DNA of 64,000 bases from Camelus ferus (lineage: Eukaryota), in assembly GCF_009834535.1 (NCBI RefSeq), contig NC_045697.1, positions 92,754,001 through 92,818,000 of the forward strand, read 5' to 3'. Every line of letters starts with the position of its first letter. Position 1 is the stretch's first letter. This document shows positions 26,471-38,889 of this stretch, piece after piece. The position numbers and the translations under genes were made by a program. The notes beneath the pieces are model-generated. The model was not told where the DNA came from. It saw nothing but the letters and a program-made list of their open reading frames with translations, and made no database searches.

Positions 26471-27065
26471 TGTAAGAAATGTGGAAATTGCAAGGCAGAC
26501 CTAAACTCCCAGGCAAAATATGGTTTTCCTTGTTGCATTACTAGAGGCCAGATTATTACCCCAAAAGGTAAAGACCCCAGTTCTTGTCATACCCAAAAGA
26601 TAAATTCTCAGTTGGGAGGTGGTATGTTATGTAGCAAAAGATTTTAAAAGATTTATTTAAAAAAGGAAAAATGCACTCCAAGAATGGGAGGCGAGCTGAT
26701 CCAAGGGAGGACAAGCAGCAGTTTTGTCTCCCCTTTCTCTTACACCCTTGCTTAGAGGTGGTCTCTTGACTGATTGACGGCTCTTGTCCGTGGAATGCTT
26801 AGTCATGTTTGGCCCCTTTTGTGCATATTCTTACCCATGGTTTACACAGGAAGACCCATGGGGGAGCCTAAACCACAATGTTAATTGTAATACAACGAGC
26901 ATTGTGTCTGTCCAGTGAAGTCCTTTCGGCTACCTCACAGTTGTGGCTGTTGGGTTTTAACTGGTTTCTTGCTGGCACTTATTTAGAAATAATGCCATCT
27001 TCCAGACCATCCTCCCTCTCCCCAACCTGTCTGCCCAGTATCCCCAGTTATCTAACTATCTAACA
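26471..27065 (-). mobile_element. Solo LTR (ERV1-like)
   Basis: Bounded tgtaag ... ctatctaaca (TG..CA); tttatt at ~26652; richer in GC than the flanks; TSD not clearly preserved. Confidence 0.7.
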
Positions 27066-29263
27066 AGATAACATTTCAAAAATATTATCTATCTTATGTA
27101 AATAAATATTTCTGTATAGCATGGACAAGAGTCAAGAAGAGGACTTATAAACTGTTAACATCAGTTGTTTTGGGGTAGAAGATGAAACTGAAGGGATGGA
27201 AGATGTTCACTAAATATTTGGCTGAATGAAGAAGTCAATCAATTTAATCTTACAGTTACTACTTATGCTGTTATTACTGCCTAGCAAGGCTAAAACTCTC
27301 AGATTGGTCTATCAGATCTTATTTTAACTCTCCCAAAGTAAATTCAAGTAAAAAAGAAATAGTGGTGCATATTATTTTGGAAACATTATTTAAAATATAT
27401 TTTTCCTGCATTTGAGTTTTCAGAGAAATAAATTCTGTAACATCAGAGTTTAGCCATTTTTAAGTAGTTGTAATACTATATTGATCTTATCCAACTTAGT
27501 GACAGCCTGGTAAGTAAAGATAAGTTCAATCTTATTCAGTTGGAATATTTTCAACTATTGAATAAACAGTTAGGTAAATTCTCACTAGTACAAGCATGTT
27601 GCTACTAAATAAAGGAAATCATTACAATTTTCCTAGTGGAAAAAAGACAGGAGATGGTGTCCTCAACCCTAGAATTCCAAAATTTTACAATCAATTATTT
27701 ACTCATTCTCTCTGATACATGGAACAAATTTCATACATACTCCAAAGTTGGAAAACTGTTTTTTAAAATAGCATGTCATTTGTCATTTAATATCAGTGAT
27801 CTATAAAGGAACTTGATTTATAATCACCTAATCTCATTTTGGTTAAGCCATAAAGTATTGTGTAATACAGCACATATTTATGTATGTGTTTTTCCACTGA
27901 CAAAGATCACATACTTCGAATATGGAAAATATAATCAGTTCATGGAACATTACCCAACAGAAATTTCCTTCAGTGGAATCTGGTGTTGCTACACAAAATA
28001 GCTACATTCATGTAGCTACTGTGACACCTGAGAGTTGTGGAGATGGGGGACACAGAGATTGTTAGAAAATACCCCTGCTATAAAGCTATAAAGAAGCTCA
28101 TAATCCCTCCACAAAGTTGGAACATGCAGCAGAGAACATGTATCATAATTTTTGAGAAAAAAATATTAGGATGGACACAGTTTCACTGCTAGCAGAATTC
28201 ACTTATATTCACATATTCTGGAATAAAGCCTCTTTATCTTTGACTCTAAAGATTTCAATAGATACGGAAGTTAATAAACTCTACCACAAAGCCAGGAAAA
28301 TGATAATCAGTTATGGCTGGATTGTAGGATAGTAGTGGGAGAAATTACTGGAAAGAAATCCACTTCTTATGCTTTACAGAATTTGACTGATACCAAACAT
28401 TAAAATAAGATTCAATTCAGAGAAGCACAAAGCAAATTCAGAGCATATAAATGTGAATGAAGTACTTGACTTGCAATTTTACCTTCGACAGTTAGAAAAC
28501 AGACTATGTTTGACCCAAGAAAACTGATTTTAAAGATGACCAAACAGTTGTGCTATGGGGATTTCACTTCTGAAGTTAGGCTTAGCTTTATTCAAGGCAT
28601 AGGTAGCATCTGCATTAATTTATGTACTGATGCTTTGTCCTTTCAGATAGAACTTACAATTAAAGAGTGTGAACTTGAGTCAGGAGCCCTATATTTATAT
28701 AGCATAAGCTAGATGTTTAATGTTTCTCTGTCACATTTTCAGCATCTGGCAATTGTATCACCCAAGTCTTAAATCAACTAATTATGTAAAATGCTCAAGA
28801 TTATCCATAGTAGGCACTACATAAGTGTTACTATCTTTTTTTTTTATATTTTGCACTGCATCATCAATTAAATATCTAGTTATTTTTAATGATAAGAAGT
28901 CAAAAGTTAAATATGTTTAGTATGTAGATATTTTAAAATATATTTGCACTAGTTGTTTTTCCTTCAATATTTCTATCAAGAAACACAAACAGGAAAATTT
29001 AGTTAGAAAATCCCTGCTTGAATATTTTTCTAGGAGGAGATAATGTTAGAAAAAACAGTTTGAAATGCTTGCAATTTGAGTACATAATAAGTATATTTGA
29101 AAGTCATTTTATGTTTATTTCCTATAACATTAGTCACTCTTCCTCTTTCAGCCTTTTATTTATTAGTTAATAATTTGACTATATTCTTAGGAATAGCCAC
29201 TCCTAATTTATCTTTTTTTCTGTAAATCGTCTTCACTAAATGTATTTTCTTTGTTCTTTTCAG

Positions 29264-29364
29264 TCTATTGGAGCTATAATGAGAACTTAATATCATATAA
29301 TGCTCCTTACCTCCCACATGAGAGCCAAAATATACATGGGGTTTCCTTTATGTGCACAAGATAG
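29264..29364 (+). CDS. Putative terminal coding exon G
   Basis: Strong acceptor ttttctttgttcttttcag|; phase-1 frame reads IYWSYNENLISYNAPYLPHESQNIHGVSFMCTR* (TAG 29362-29364); phase-0 frame reads SIGAIMRT*. Confidence 0.45.
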
Positions 29365-29399
29365 TTAAAGTATGCCATGATATAGTTAAGAGCAAGCCA

Positions 29400-31020
29400 A
29401 GACATTTTACCAAGAAGCACATGCCAGAAGAAATAAATATACCTGTGCACCAAAAGACATGTAAAGATATGCATAGCAGTGTGATATTTTTTGTTATAAC
29501 AACTTACTGGGTAGAATTATACACCATACATTTTACTTTTTTAAAATGTATAATTCAGTGGTTCTAGTATATTCACAGAGTTGTGCAAACATCATCATTA
29601 TCTAATTTTAGAACTTTTTATCACTGTAGAAGAACCTCCATTGTATCAGAATTCATTAACAAACAACAGTTTACTTTCTGTCTCTATGAATTTGTCTATT
29701 AAGGAAATTTCATATAAATGGAATCATTCAATGGGTCTTTTATGACTAATTTCTGTTACTTAGCATGAAATTCTCACCGTACATCCATGCTGTATCATGT
29801 ATCACCACTTCATTTCTTTTACTGATGAATAATCCATTGTATGACTATACTAAATTTTACTGACTCTTTCATCAGTTGGTTGACATCTGTCTAGTTTCCA
29901 CCTTTAAGCTATGATGAATAGTGCTATTCTGAACATCCATGTGAAATTTTTGAATGTTGATACATGTTTTCATTACTCTTGGTTACCCTTAGGAGTAGAA
30001 TTTCTGGGTTTTATGGTAATTCTATGTTGAGCATTTTGAGGAACTATCAAACTGTTTTCCAAAATAGTGACATCATTTTACATTCCCACCAGCAATGGAT
30101 GACGGTTTCAATTTCTCCAAATCCTCACCAACAATGATTTAAACTGTATGATCTTTTAAAAAAAGCAAAACTGTGGAGACAGCCAGAAGATAAGTACTTG
30201 CCAGCGTTTGAGAGGGAGTGGGAGAATAAATAGGCAGAGCACAGAGGATTTTTAGGGCAGAAAAAGTAGTTCATGTGATATTATAATGATAGACAAATTT
30301 CACTATACATTTATCTAAACCTATAAAATGACAAACAAATGTATAATGACATGTATCCAACATTATCATATCGGCAGAATTGTCCATCAGATGATGAAGG
30401 AATATGCTATCAATTTATGAAAAGACATGGAAGAAGCTTGAATTCATATTACTAAGTAAAAAAGCCAATATAAAAATACCTACATATTGGATATTTCCAA
30501 CTATATGATATTCTGTAAAAGCCAAAACTTAGGAGAACAGAATGTCTTTGGTTGTGAAGAGTTAGTGGAGGACAGACAGATGAATAGATGGTGAGATGAC
30601 AGTCAGCAACGTCAATAATTGGAACTTGATTTTTAAATTATGGTTATTTTTAAGATGATAATAAAGATAAAGTAAGAAGTTTACTTACATAAAATAAGAA
30701 TTTTGTCTAGATTTTTCTAACCTTTCAGTATGAAATATATTAACTGAAAAGGATTCATAACAGATGTATAAAGACATGCTACACATTAATAAGAAACAGT
30801 GAAGACCTGAATGGGAAATTAAATTAGGCACTTCACAAAAGAGGATTTCAAAATGTTTTAATGAACATATGAAAAAATATCTGCCTCGTGAGTTATCTAT
30901 AGATACAAAAGAAACTCTCATTTTGATAACATGACCGTAAAGGCTAAATTTTAAATGACTTACAGTAACAAGTGCCAGTGAAGACATGAAATATTGGTTG
31001 GGATTTTAAATTAGTATCAT
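29400..31020. mobile_element. Patchwork of L1 3' fragments (antisense L1MB-like ~29510-30135; sense L1MC-like pieces)
   Basis: gtatattcacagagttgtgcaa, ttacattcccaccagcaat, aataggcagagcacagaggatttttagggcag. Confidence 0.8.
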
Positions 31021-31184
31021 AAGGTAGTGAGAAAATAAAATCTAAAAATATTTTGAAGAATGAAATGTACAAGGTGATATCACTTATAAGATTTCAAGAT
31101 TAATGAAAAAATTAGTATTTATAGTAAAATTTTTGTCAAAGTAATTTGAATGTTGTGATAGTCTTCAAAATCTCAGTAGGTTAA

Positions 31185-31932
31185 CACTTTGGAATAGAAC
31201 TCTTCAGCACAACTTTCTGTTTTTAAGAGAATATTTTGTATATGTGACGTCCATTATGATAATCATGATGATAACCATACGCACCTACTGAGCACTTGAA
31301 CTGGTGCTAATTTGGCTGTGTGACTAAAATTTTAAATTTATTTAAATTTAAATGTCATATTCAAAGACCCACCACATAAGAATGAATCACTCGAGACTTT
31401 ATCAAATCAAGAGAGTGAGAAGGAGCCAGAGACCAAATGCAACTGCCCCGAGCCCCTCCGAAACTCTTGTATTTATTAAGAGTAGTCAAACAACAGATTA
31501 AGGTAAAACACATCACTGGAATGTGTAAGGGGTATGGTGTACATGCAAGTATGCCGGTCAACAGTTTTGTGAAAGAAAGAAACATTAGTCTTAATCTATA
31601 TGTTTAGGGAGAAGTTTACAATGTTTATACAATCGATAATGGGAACCAGGCAGGCACAAAGACCCTGTAAAGATCAAGATCTAACTAGATAAGTGAAGAA
31701 TGCCCTGCTGTTTTCAGCAAGGGCAAAAGGTAATGGTTTTCCAAGAAGCAGAAGCAGCCCTACAGCTAACAACTTACACCTAAGGTAAGCTAGGCATGTC
31801 TTGCCATTTCCAGCAAGACAAAGAGCAGCAGTTTTCTGCATTGCAACCCTACAGCTTATTAACCCAAGAATGTGCCCCCACAGTCATAGCCAATGTAGCT
31901 AGCAGCTACTGTATGGGAACAGTGCACTTCTA
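31185..31932. mobile_element. MER3-like MITE split by a solo LTR
   Basis: ctactgagcacttgaa..tttaaatttatttaaatttaaat resumes after the LTR as atagccaatgtagctagcagctactgtatgggaacagtgca. Confidence 0.7.
31360..31882 (-). mobile_element. Solo LTR, class II (ERVK/betaretrovirus-like), 6-bp TSD
   Basis: TSD GTCATA at 31354-31359 and 31883-31888; begins TGTGGGG on - strand; AATAAATA box (~31470-31478) followed by a CpG-containing R-like region. Confidence 0.8.
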
Positions 31933-31959
31933 GAATCGTATTTCCCGCCCACCTAACAC

Positions 31960-32285
31960 TTCAGAACAATTGCTCGGCATCTGTGTTCCACACTGTGATT
32001 CAGAGACCAGTCTCAATGCATCTTACAATATTCTACCCTGTAGGATCTCATAATCCTCTACTAGATCCTCTGCATCTTGATAATAAGCAGGGAAAGACGA
32101 GTTTGTATGTGAAAGCTCTTATGAGCCAATCAGAACAACACACATCACTATTTTCACTGTCCATTGGGCAGAGCACAATCACACAGCCATACTTTGTTAA
32201 AAGGAAGGCTGAAAAATTAGAGGTTAGTAGTATGCCCAAGAGGAGAATGGATTGGGTCTTGGTAACACGTAGCAGTGTCTCTTAC
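31960..32285 (-). mobile_element. MaLR LTR fragment (MLT1J/L-like)
   Basis: ccattgggcagagcacaatcacacagcca, aaggaaggctgaaaaatt, tgcccaagaggag. Confidence 0.65.
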
Positions 32286-32302
32286 AGACAGCGTACCAGC
32301 CA

Positions 32303-32560
32303 AGCAGGGTAGCTGAATGTTAAAGTCTCAAACTCTGGAGCCAAATGTCTGAGTTAAAACCTGACTCTACCGTGCATATATGATCTAGGCAAATTATTTA
32401 AACTCTCTGCTCCTCTTCTGATAAATGGGGGTAATAAAGTACTTACCTCAGAGGATGGTTATAAGATTTAATGATTAAGTATATAGTGTTTAGGACAGTA
32501 TCTGACACAGTAAAAAGTACTAGGTTGAATTATTATATTATTATTATCACTATTATTATT
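32303..32560 (+). mobile_element. MIR, near full length
   Basis: actctggagccaa..ctaggcaaattatttaaactctctg..aaatgggggtaataaagtacttacctcagagg..ctgacacagtaa, (att)n tail. Confidence 0.85.
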
Positions 32561-32569
32561 AGTCTTAGG

Positions 32570-33180
32570 CTAGACAATTGAATAAGTGAGTGAGATTAAC
32601 AAGCTCAGAATCAGAAAAACGTGTGTGGAAATGTTATATAACAAATGTAAAATTTGTCAGTAGCTTAGACAAATGGTGATACATAAAGAAAAATAAACTT
32701 AGATTCATTCAGTATTCCACAAATAGAATAGGTTTTGACGGGTTACAATAATATTGAGGTAAAACTTAAATGTAAAAGGAAAAAAACTAGAAGACAAGCT
32801 ATATGGCATATGAGTAGGAAAGCTTCCTGACAAGTCACAAAAGCAAAAATTTAATAGAAAGATTGATGAATTTGGCTAATATTTGACAAGGTTAATTACA
32901 ATCAAATAAACTTACTCTTTTATCTGAGGATTTTATTTCTGTATGTATTCTCTAGAAAAATGTACAAGTGACCACTAGACTTATGTGTTATTGTAGCATA
33001 GTTTATAATAGAGAAAATTTGAAATAGATTAAATGTCCATCAACAGTTGTTGAATAAATACATATTGTAATATCTAACCAACAGAATTCAATGAAAGAAT
33101 TAAAATTAATTAACTAGCACTGAGTCTTTTAACTTCACATTTATGAAAGGTACCATCGAATGAAAGAAACACAATATAGA
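32570..33180 (+). mobile_element. Old L1ME-like fragments
   Basis: gattgatgaattt, attgtagcatagtttataatagagaaaa, aaatgtccatcaacag. Confidence 0.6.
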
Positions 33181-33290
33181 AATGGTTTTGGGGTTTGGCA
33201 CAATGCAGAGAGGCCTCTGAAGTTTTTTGTTTTTTTTTTTAATGATCTGAATAAACTGCTACATACAGTGTAGATTAAGACAGCTGAGTA

Positions 33291-33765
33291 CAGGCACATC
33301 TCAGAGCTATAGCAGGCTCAGTTCCACACCACCATAATAAAATGAACATCACAGTAAAGAGAAGCACACAAATTTTTTGGTTTCTCATTACATGTAAAAG
33401 TTATGTTCACACTATACTGTGGCCTATGAAGTGTGCAATAGCATTATGTCTAAAAAAAAGAACATACCTTAAGTTAAAAATACTTACTAAAAAAATGCTA
33501 ACCATCATCTGATGCTTTAGTGAGTTAAGATTTTTTTTGTGATAGTAACCTTAAAGAGCACAGATCACAGATCACCATAACAAGTAAAATAATAATGAAA
33601 AAATTTGTAATTTGGTGAGAATTACCAAAATGTGACACGGAGACACAAAGTAAACAAATGCTATTGGAAAAATGCCGCTGACTGTCTTGTTCAATGCAGG
33701 ATTGCGGCAAACCAATTTGTAAAAAGGCACAGTATCTACTGAGCTCAGTAAAGTGAAGCACAATA
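33291..33765 (+). mobile_element. Tigger1-derived non-autonomous element (Tigger1a-like)
   Basis: ta|caggcacatctcagag..gttccacaccacc 5' end joined to the 3' part cacagatcaccataaca..gaattaccaaaatgtgacac..aaagtgaagcacaata. Confidence 0.9.
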
Positions 33766-35681
33766 TTTAAATTATTATTCAAAATAGGAAACAATGCAAG
33801 GCCCAAAACAAGTACAAGGAACATTTATCACAAATCCAAATGAAATCACAGAGGGAGAGTTCTACTGTGCTAAGTTGTGTTTTAGTGACATAAAGCGACA
33901 TCACAAGTGGCTTCTCCCATGCTAAAGTCATACTACCTTGAACTGAAAATATCACTGAGAAATGAAAACAATTCTATTTCCGATAATTTATTGACAAGAG
34001 AGCTTTCTATATATCTTCCTATCACTCTATATTTTAAATACTGTTTACTAAATATGTATGTTCAGGGGAAAAAGAATAAAACAGGTTTTGACCAGAGACA
34101 AAAGTCAGAGGCAAATTTTTGAGAAAAATACTATTCAAATTTTGAAATCGTTCCTTTTATATAAACACTGTGATTCATAAAGAAAATATCCCATCATTTT
34201 CATGCACATTATTCATAACACTTTTGTATTACAATTTAACTTTTTTCATTCAATTAATACCTAGTTTTAATTTATTTAGGCCAAAAATGTATATATACCT
34301 GCATACATGCAAACAAAAACTCCTTTAAGTTACTTCCAAGCATTTTCCTTCAGAGACTGATTCTGTCTTATTATTGTATGTGTTTATTTCAATTTTGTTT
34401 TCTTTTTAAACTGGAGAAAAAAGTAATAAAAGTAATGACACTCTTTTATACATAGTCTGTATATACATTACATTTATAAAGTTACAGCTAGAGACACAGT
34501 GTGGGACAATTTTATTTGTCTAATCCACATATTAGCATAAAATTGGGAGGTTTCATTCATCATTTCTGACAGTCGTAATATGCTTAGTTTAGCAATAAAA
34601 TTTCATAATTTGTAAAAGGGAAATATTATTTAACACAGTTAACAACAACAAAAAAACCTAGGTTTTGGCAGCCCTCCAGAACTGCTGAAATCAGCAGAAC
34701 TCAACTAATTCCACATTACAGTAGAATATTTTAGAGAAATAAGTATTAGTCTGTATAAATCTCAAATGAGTTCTTTACAATTAGTAGTAGTATAATCACT
34801 AAAGTGGTACTGATGCGCCTAGTGACTATAACTGCAATAATTGAAAAAAAGTATTTAGAATCCACTAAAGAGTAATGATTTTTGAAAAATGGGCAGAACA
34901 TGTAAATATCAAGCAATAGTCTTTGAAGTTAAGATAATGAAAATAATGTTTACTTGTCAGAAGAAGCAAGTTAGATGTATTGGTAAAATAGCTCTACTAA
35001 ATGTAAATTCTCTAAGAGACATGATCTATTTGTTGGTGGAAAATGCTTCAGTCTTCCTTTATACTGTAGTCACTCCGATCATGGGAGGTGAAGTGAATGA
35101 CCAGTCAAGTTTGGGAGGAGTCACTGTGCAGGTTTATCTTGACTCAGACCTTCTGAAGTTGATGTACAGAGCAGCTCTGCTTTCTTCTCCTAAAGGGCAG
35201 AGACCCATAAGGTCAAGCACCACTTTATAGAGTGGATAAATATGCTTAAGTTCTGAGATTTATTTAGCAGGACAGTTTGACTCTGACCTTTGAACTGCCC
35301 TCTGTTAGAAATATATTTGACATTTTGGTTTCTATCTTACTTCATTGATTTATTTTTTAAATGTGAAGAACTTGGTTGAAATTGAGGTGTACCATATTTC
35401 GAGGTCCACCTCAGAGATTTCAACACTGCTCAGTTAGTGCTATAATCTGAAACACTCCAACAAGTTTCATAAAACATAATTAATTGTATTTTAACTCACT
35501 TCTGAACTTATTTTACTAATGGGGAATAGAAAATAGCTTTTACAGTTATACCATCATTGACATATTAGCACTGGTATTAATATAATCTCTAAATAGTCCT
35601 AAATTTATGTGAGGCAAGCATAAAGTGTATCAGCCCTATAGAATAGGTGAGTTTCATTAGTTTTCCAATGAAAATTTAGAA

Positions 35682-35993
35682 CAGGAGTCAGTATAATCTG
35701 TATGTCAATCCCAGCCAGACTCCTGCCTTTCTCACCAAGTTCTTATTGGAACACAGGCACACTCATCTGTTTACGACTAGCTCTCTTGTTTGAGAAGAAA
35801 ATCGATGTAACTGAAACAAACATACAAAAGGGGATAGAAAATAAGTCCTGGAAGGAAAGTGAAAATAAATTAATGTTTGGACTGCTTTCGCACTAACAGT
35901 GGCAAAGTTGAGGAGCATGACAGATTCAGTGTGGCCTGCAAAGCCTACAATGTTTACTATCTGGCTCTTTACTGAAAAAGATTGCTGACCTCT
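35682..35993 (+). mobile_element. MER58A hAT MITE carrying a 95-bp foreign insert
   Basis: ttattggaacacag..gtttacg and ggcctgcaaagcctacaatgtttactatctggctctttactgaaaaag match the MER58A consensus. Confidence 0.85.
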
Positions 35994-36779
35994 AATTTTA
36001 AAGAGCAGCCTAAAGCATTAAGAATAAGTTTTCTGTGTGGGATTTTCAGCTCTTCTGAGAAGTCCTGTTTACCCACATAACATGACATGTAGCCTGGCCT
36101 ACTGTCCTCCTTTACTGCTAATTTGCACTGTAGACTCACTGATAAATCTCTAGAGCACCAGTTTTATTAAGAGTTATTAAATGTATGCCTTACATTTCAA
36201 AGATAATTAGCTTTATACAGTCTTTACATTTTAATCATACATAAATTTTAATACTTATTCTGAAACCACCTGCTTGTCTTCAGTGACTATTACCTATACT
36301 GTATAGAAAGCTGGTACATTACCTGGTGGATGGTAACTAGTTTTGCAAGTCAATCAATTGCTGCTGAAGGCCAAAAAGTGAGACAAGATTGTAAAATAAA
36401 GGGTATTTGTTTTTTCTTTGGAATTTTTTTTCAATATCAGTATGACCAAGTTTCAGAATATGCTAGTAAATTGTGTGGAAGACAAGCCACCTTCCCAGCA
36501 TGAAGTGATATTTCCAACAGTTTCATGATACACTACTAAAATTAATCTTATTAAATTCAGCGATTATCAAATGCCTTGAGTGTAAATTTGGCCAAATAAA
36601 ATGCATTAATCAATGCTAACTAGAAATGTCTTGTAATAATAATTACTGTGAAAAAGGACATCTGTAATCAATGCCACCTTCTTACATTCCTTCTAACACA
36701 TGCTACACATGTGACAGTATGTTTGAAGAATAGGGTTACTAGATTGACTAGAACTTCTGGTAAATTACTAGTTAATAAA

Positions 36780-37050
36780 CTCCAAAAAGGAAACTTTTTT
36801 TCCATTTTTAATCAACTTTATCGCAGTATAACTTAGAAATAATAAAGTGTACCTATTTTCTTTGGAGTTTGATGAGTTTTTAACAAATATCTATAATAAC
36901 AACCTCAATAAAGATATAGAATATTTTTATCACCAAAAAAGTTAACTTCTGTCCTTTGTAGTTAATCTCTCTACCCCTCTCCTAGGCAACTGTGACTAGT
37001 GGCTTTTTGTCACTGTAGAATAGGTTTTACTAGGGTTTCCATATGGGAAG
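36780..37050 (-). mobile_element. L1ME-like 3' end
   Basis: tgatgagtttttaacaaat, caataaagatatagaatattt, ctaggcaac. Confidence 0.7.
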
Positions 37051-37439
37051 TCTTTATTGGAATTTTACACATATATGTATACACAGGTACACATATTTTA
37101 TACACATTTTATACAACAAATGATATTTAGAGATAAATTTTAATATATGTATGTACATGTATATGCTATATATATTACAAATCCTGAGAGCCAAGGGGAG
37201 AGAAGAGGTTAGAATATAATCAGTCAGTCTTGCTTGTAGCATTAGCCACATTATAAGTGTGTGCTTGTTGCCCTTTCTGATGTTAAAGGTAAATTATGTT
37301 CTTAAGTTTATAATTCTAGTACACCCTTCATACAAATCCTGTGGATAGTATTAGATAATATACTAAATTTTGAAATAAAAATAAATCCTTAAATGGGTAA
37401 TTTGACACATTCTCTGTATTGCTCTTAACTTTGCTAAAT

Positions 37440-37790
37440 CAGAATTCTATGCTATTCAGATACTCCCAGTGCATTTTATGAAGATTGTATAAGCTTGACA
37501 CCAAACTCAATAAAGTATAGTAAAGAAAATGAAATCTGTAAGCCTATCTCACTTATGTGATATGATACGAAAATTAAAAGCAAAATATTAGCAAATGGCG
37601 AGCAGCAACGTATAAGGAAGGATACTCTTATCATGTTGAATTTGAGTTTATACCAGGTCTGGAAAGTCATTAAACAGTAGAAAATAAATCAGCAGAAAAA
37701 TAATTTAACAAACTTAATTATGTAGAAAAATAATTTGAGGCAATTCAACACCCGTTTATGACAAAAAAAATTATTTAAAGCAGGAGTTGA
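37440..37790 (+). mobile_element. Old L1 ORF2 (RT region) fragment
   Basis: ttttatgaag, aaaatattagcaaat, caattcaacacccgtttatgacaaaa. Confidence 0.7.
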
Positions 37791-37799
37791 AAATTTGTT

Positions 37800-38010
37800 A
37801 GTGCACTTTTGTGCCTCTGTCATTGCCAGGAGAAAAGCTTCCCCTGGGTAGCTGCTATTCCTCCAGATCAGTGTTGGGATGGAAGAAGACAGGTTTAGCA
37901 AAGTTGTTCTGCCCCTGACAGCCACGTGTACATTTGAAATAAATGTTTATTGTTTCATGCCGTTGAAAGCTTGTGGTTGATAGTTGTGTAGCACAAACTA
38001 GCTGATAGGC
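37800..38010 (+). mobile_element. MaLR LTR 3' part (MLT1H/I-like)
   Basis: gaaataaatgtttattgtttcatgccgttga..gttgtgtagca..tagctgata. Confidence 0.65.
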
Positions 38011-38889
38011 ACTTCTCTGTCTTTCTCTTCTCACCTCCTTCATTATTAAAATTGCCTGTAACTCATATAATCTTTGTGCTTTCCTACTTGTGCCTGGATA
38101 CCTTTGTAAATGCATACTAAGATTACAACGAAGACTTTTTTGCATAATAAGGGTGGAACTTTTTTTTGTCCTCATATGTCTTACCCACTTTTATTTCTAC
38201 TTTCTTTAGCTTATAATATATAACATGTTATTTTGAAATATATAATTTAGAAGATGTTACTATAAAAGTTATTTCCTTTCAGTGGATGGTGAGTGGTGAT
38301 TAGGGAAGTTGAAATGAGTTAAAATAGCATTCCCTATACAATATATTATACAATAAATCTTGAAATTTATTCTCTTTATAATAAATATTTGTCCAAAAGA
38401 ATTAACTCTGTTTCAAATATGATTCTGTTTTTGTGTAAATATATTTGGCACATGTTTAGATTATGAATTAATTATATATAAAGATAAGAAGGAAAATTAA
38501 CTAATTCAAAGTTTTCAAAATCAATATAGATTTTACATTATTTAAATTATAAATTTGACATAAATAAAAAATGACAGAGGCTGTAAAAAGGACTATAAAA
38601 ATTTCCACGATGTTCTGACAGTTTTGAGAGTTCTCAAATAATTTATAATTTGATTCATCTACTGCTTTCTTCATAGTGTGTTTTAATTTTTTATTCAGGG
38701 TTTATGAAAAAATTAATTATTAACTTTTCTTTATATATTGATCATTTTTTAATGTAATGATCAGACACAGACTGCTCAAACTGATCATTACAAAAAAGAG
38801 TTTCAACCACATATGCGTCCTGAATGATACGGCCTTCCCTCAAGTCTGCTCTTTCAGTAGTTTTAAACTTTTCATTTTCTTAGTGAACC

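Noticed and set aside
19983..29364. Assigning a gene symbol to the exon cluster
   Set aside because: The peptide did not match any protein I can recall with confidence, so it is left unnamed
34889..35230. 113-aa ORF, and a - strand acceptor giving EKKAELLCTSTSEGLSQDKPAQ*
   Set aside because: No recognisable homology and no partner exons that I could link; insufficient support
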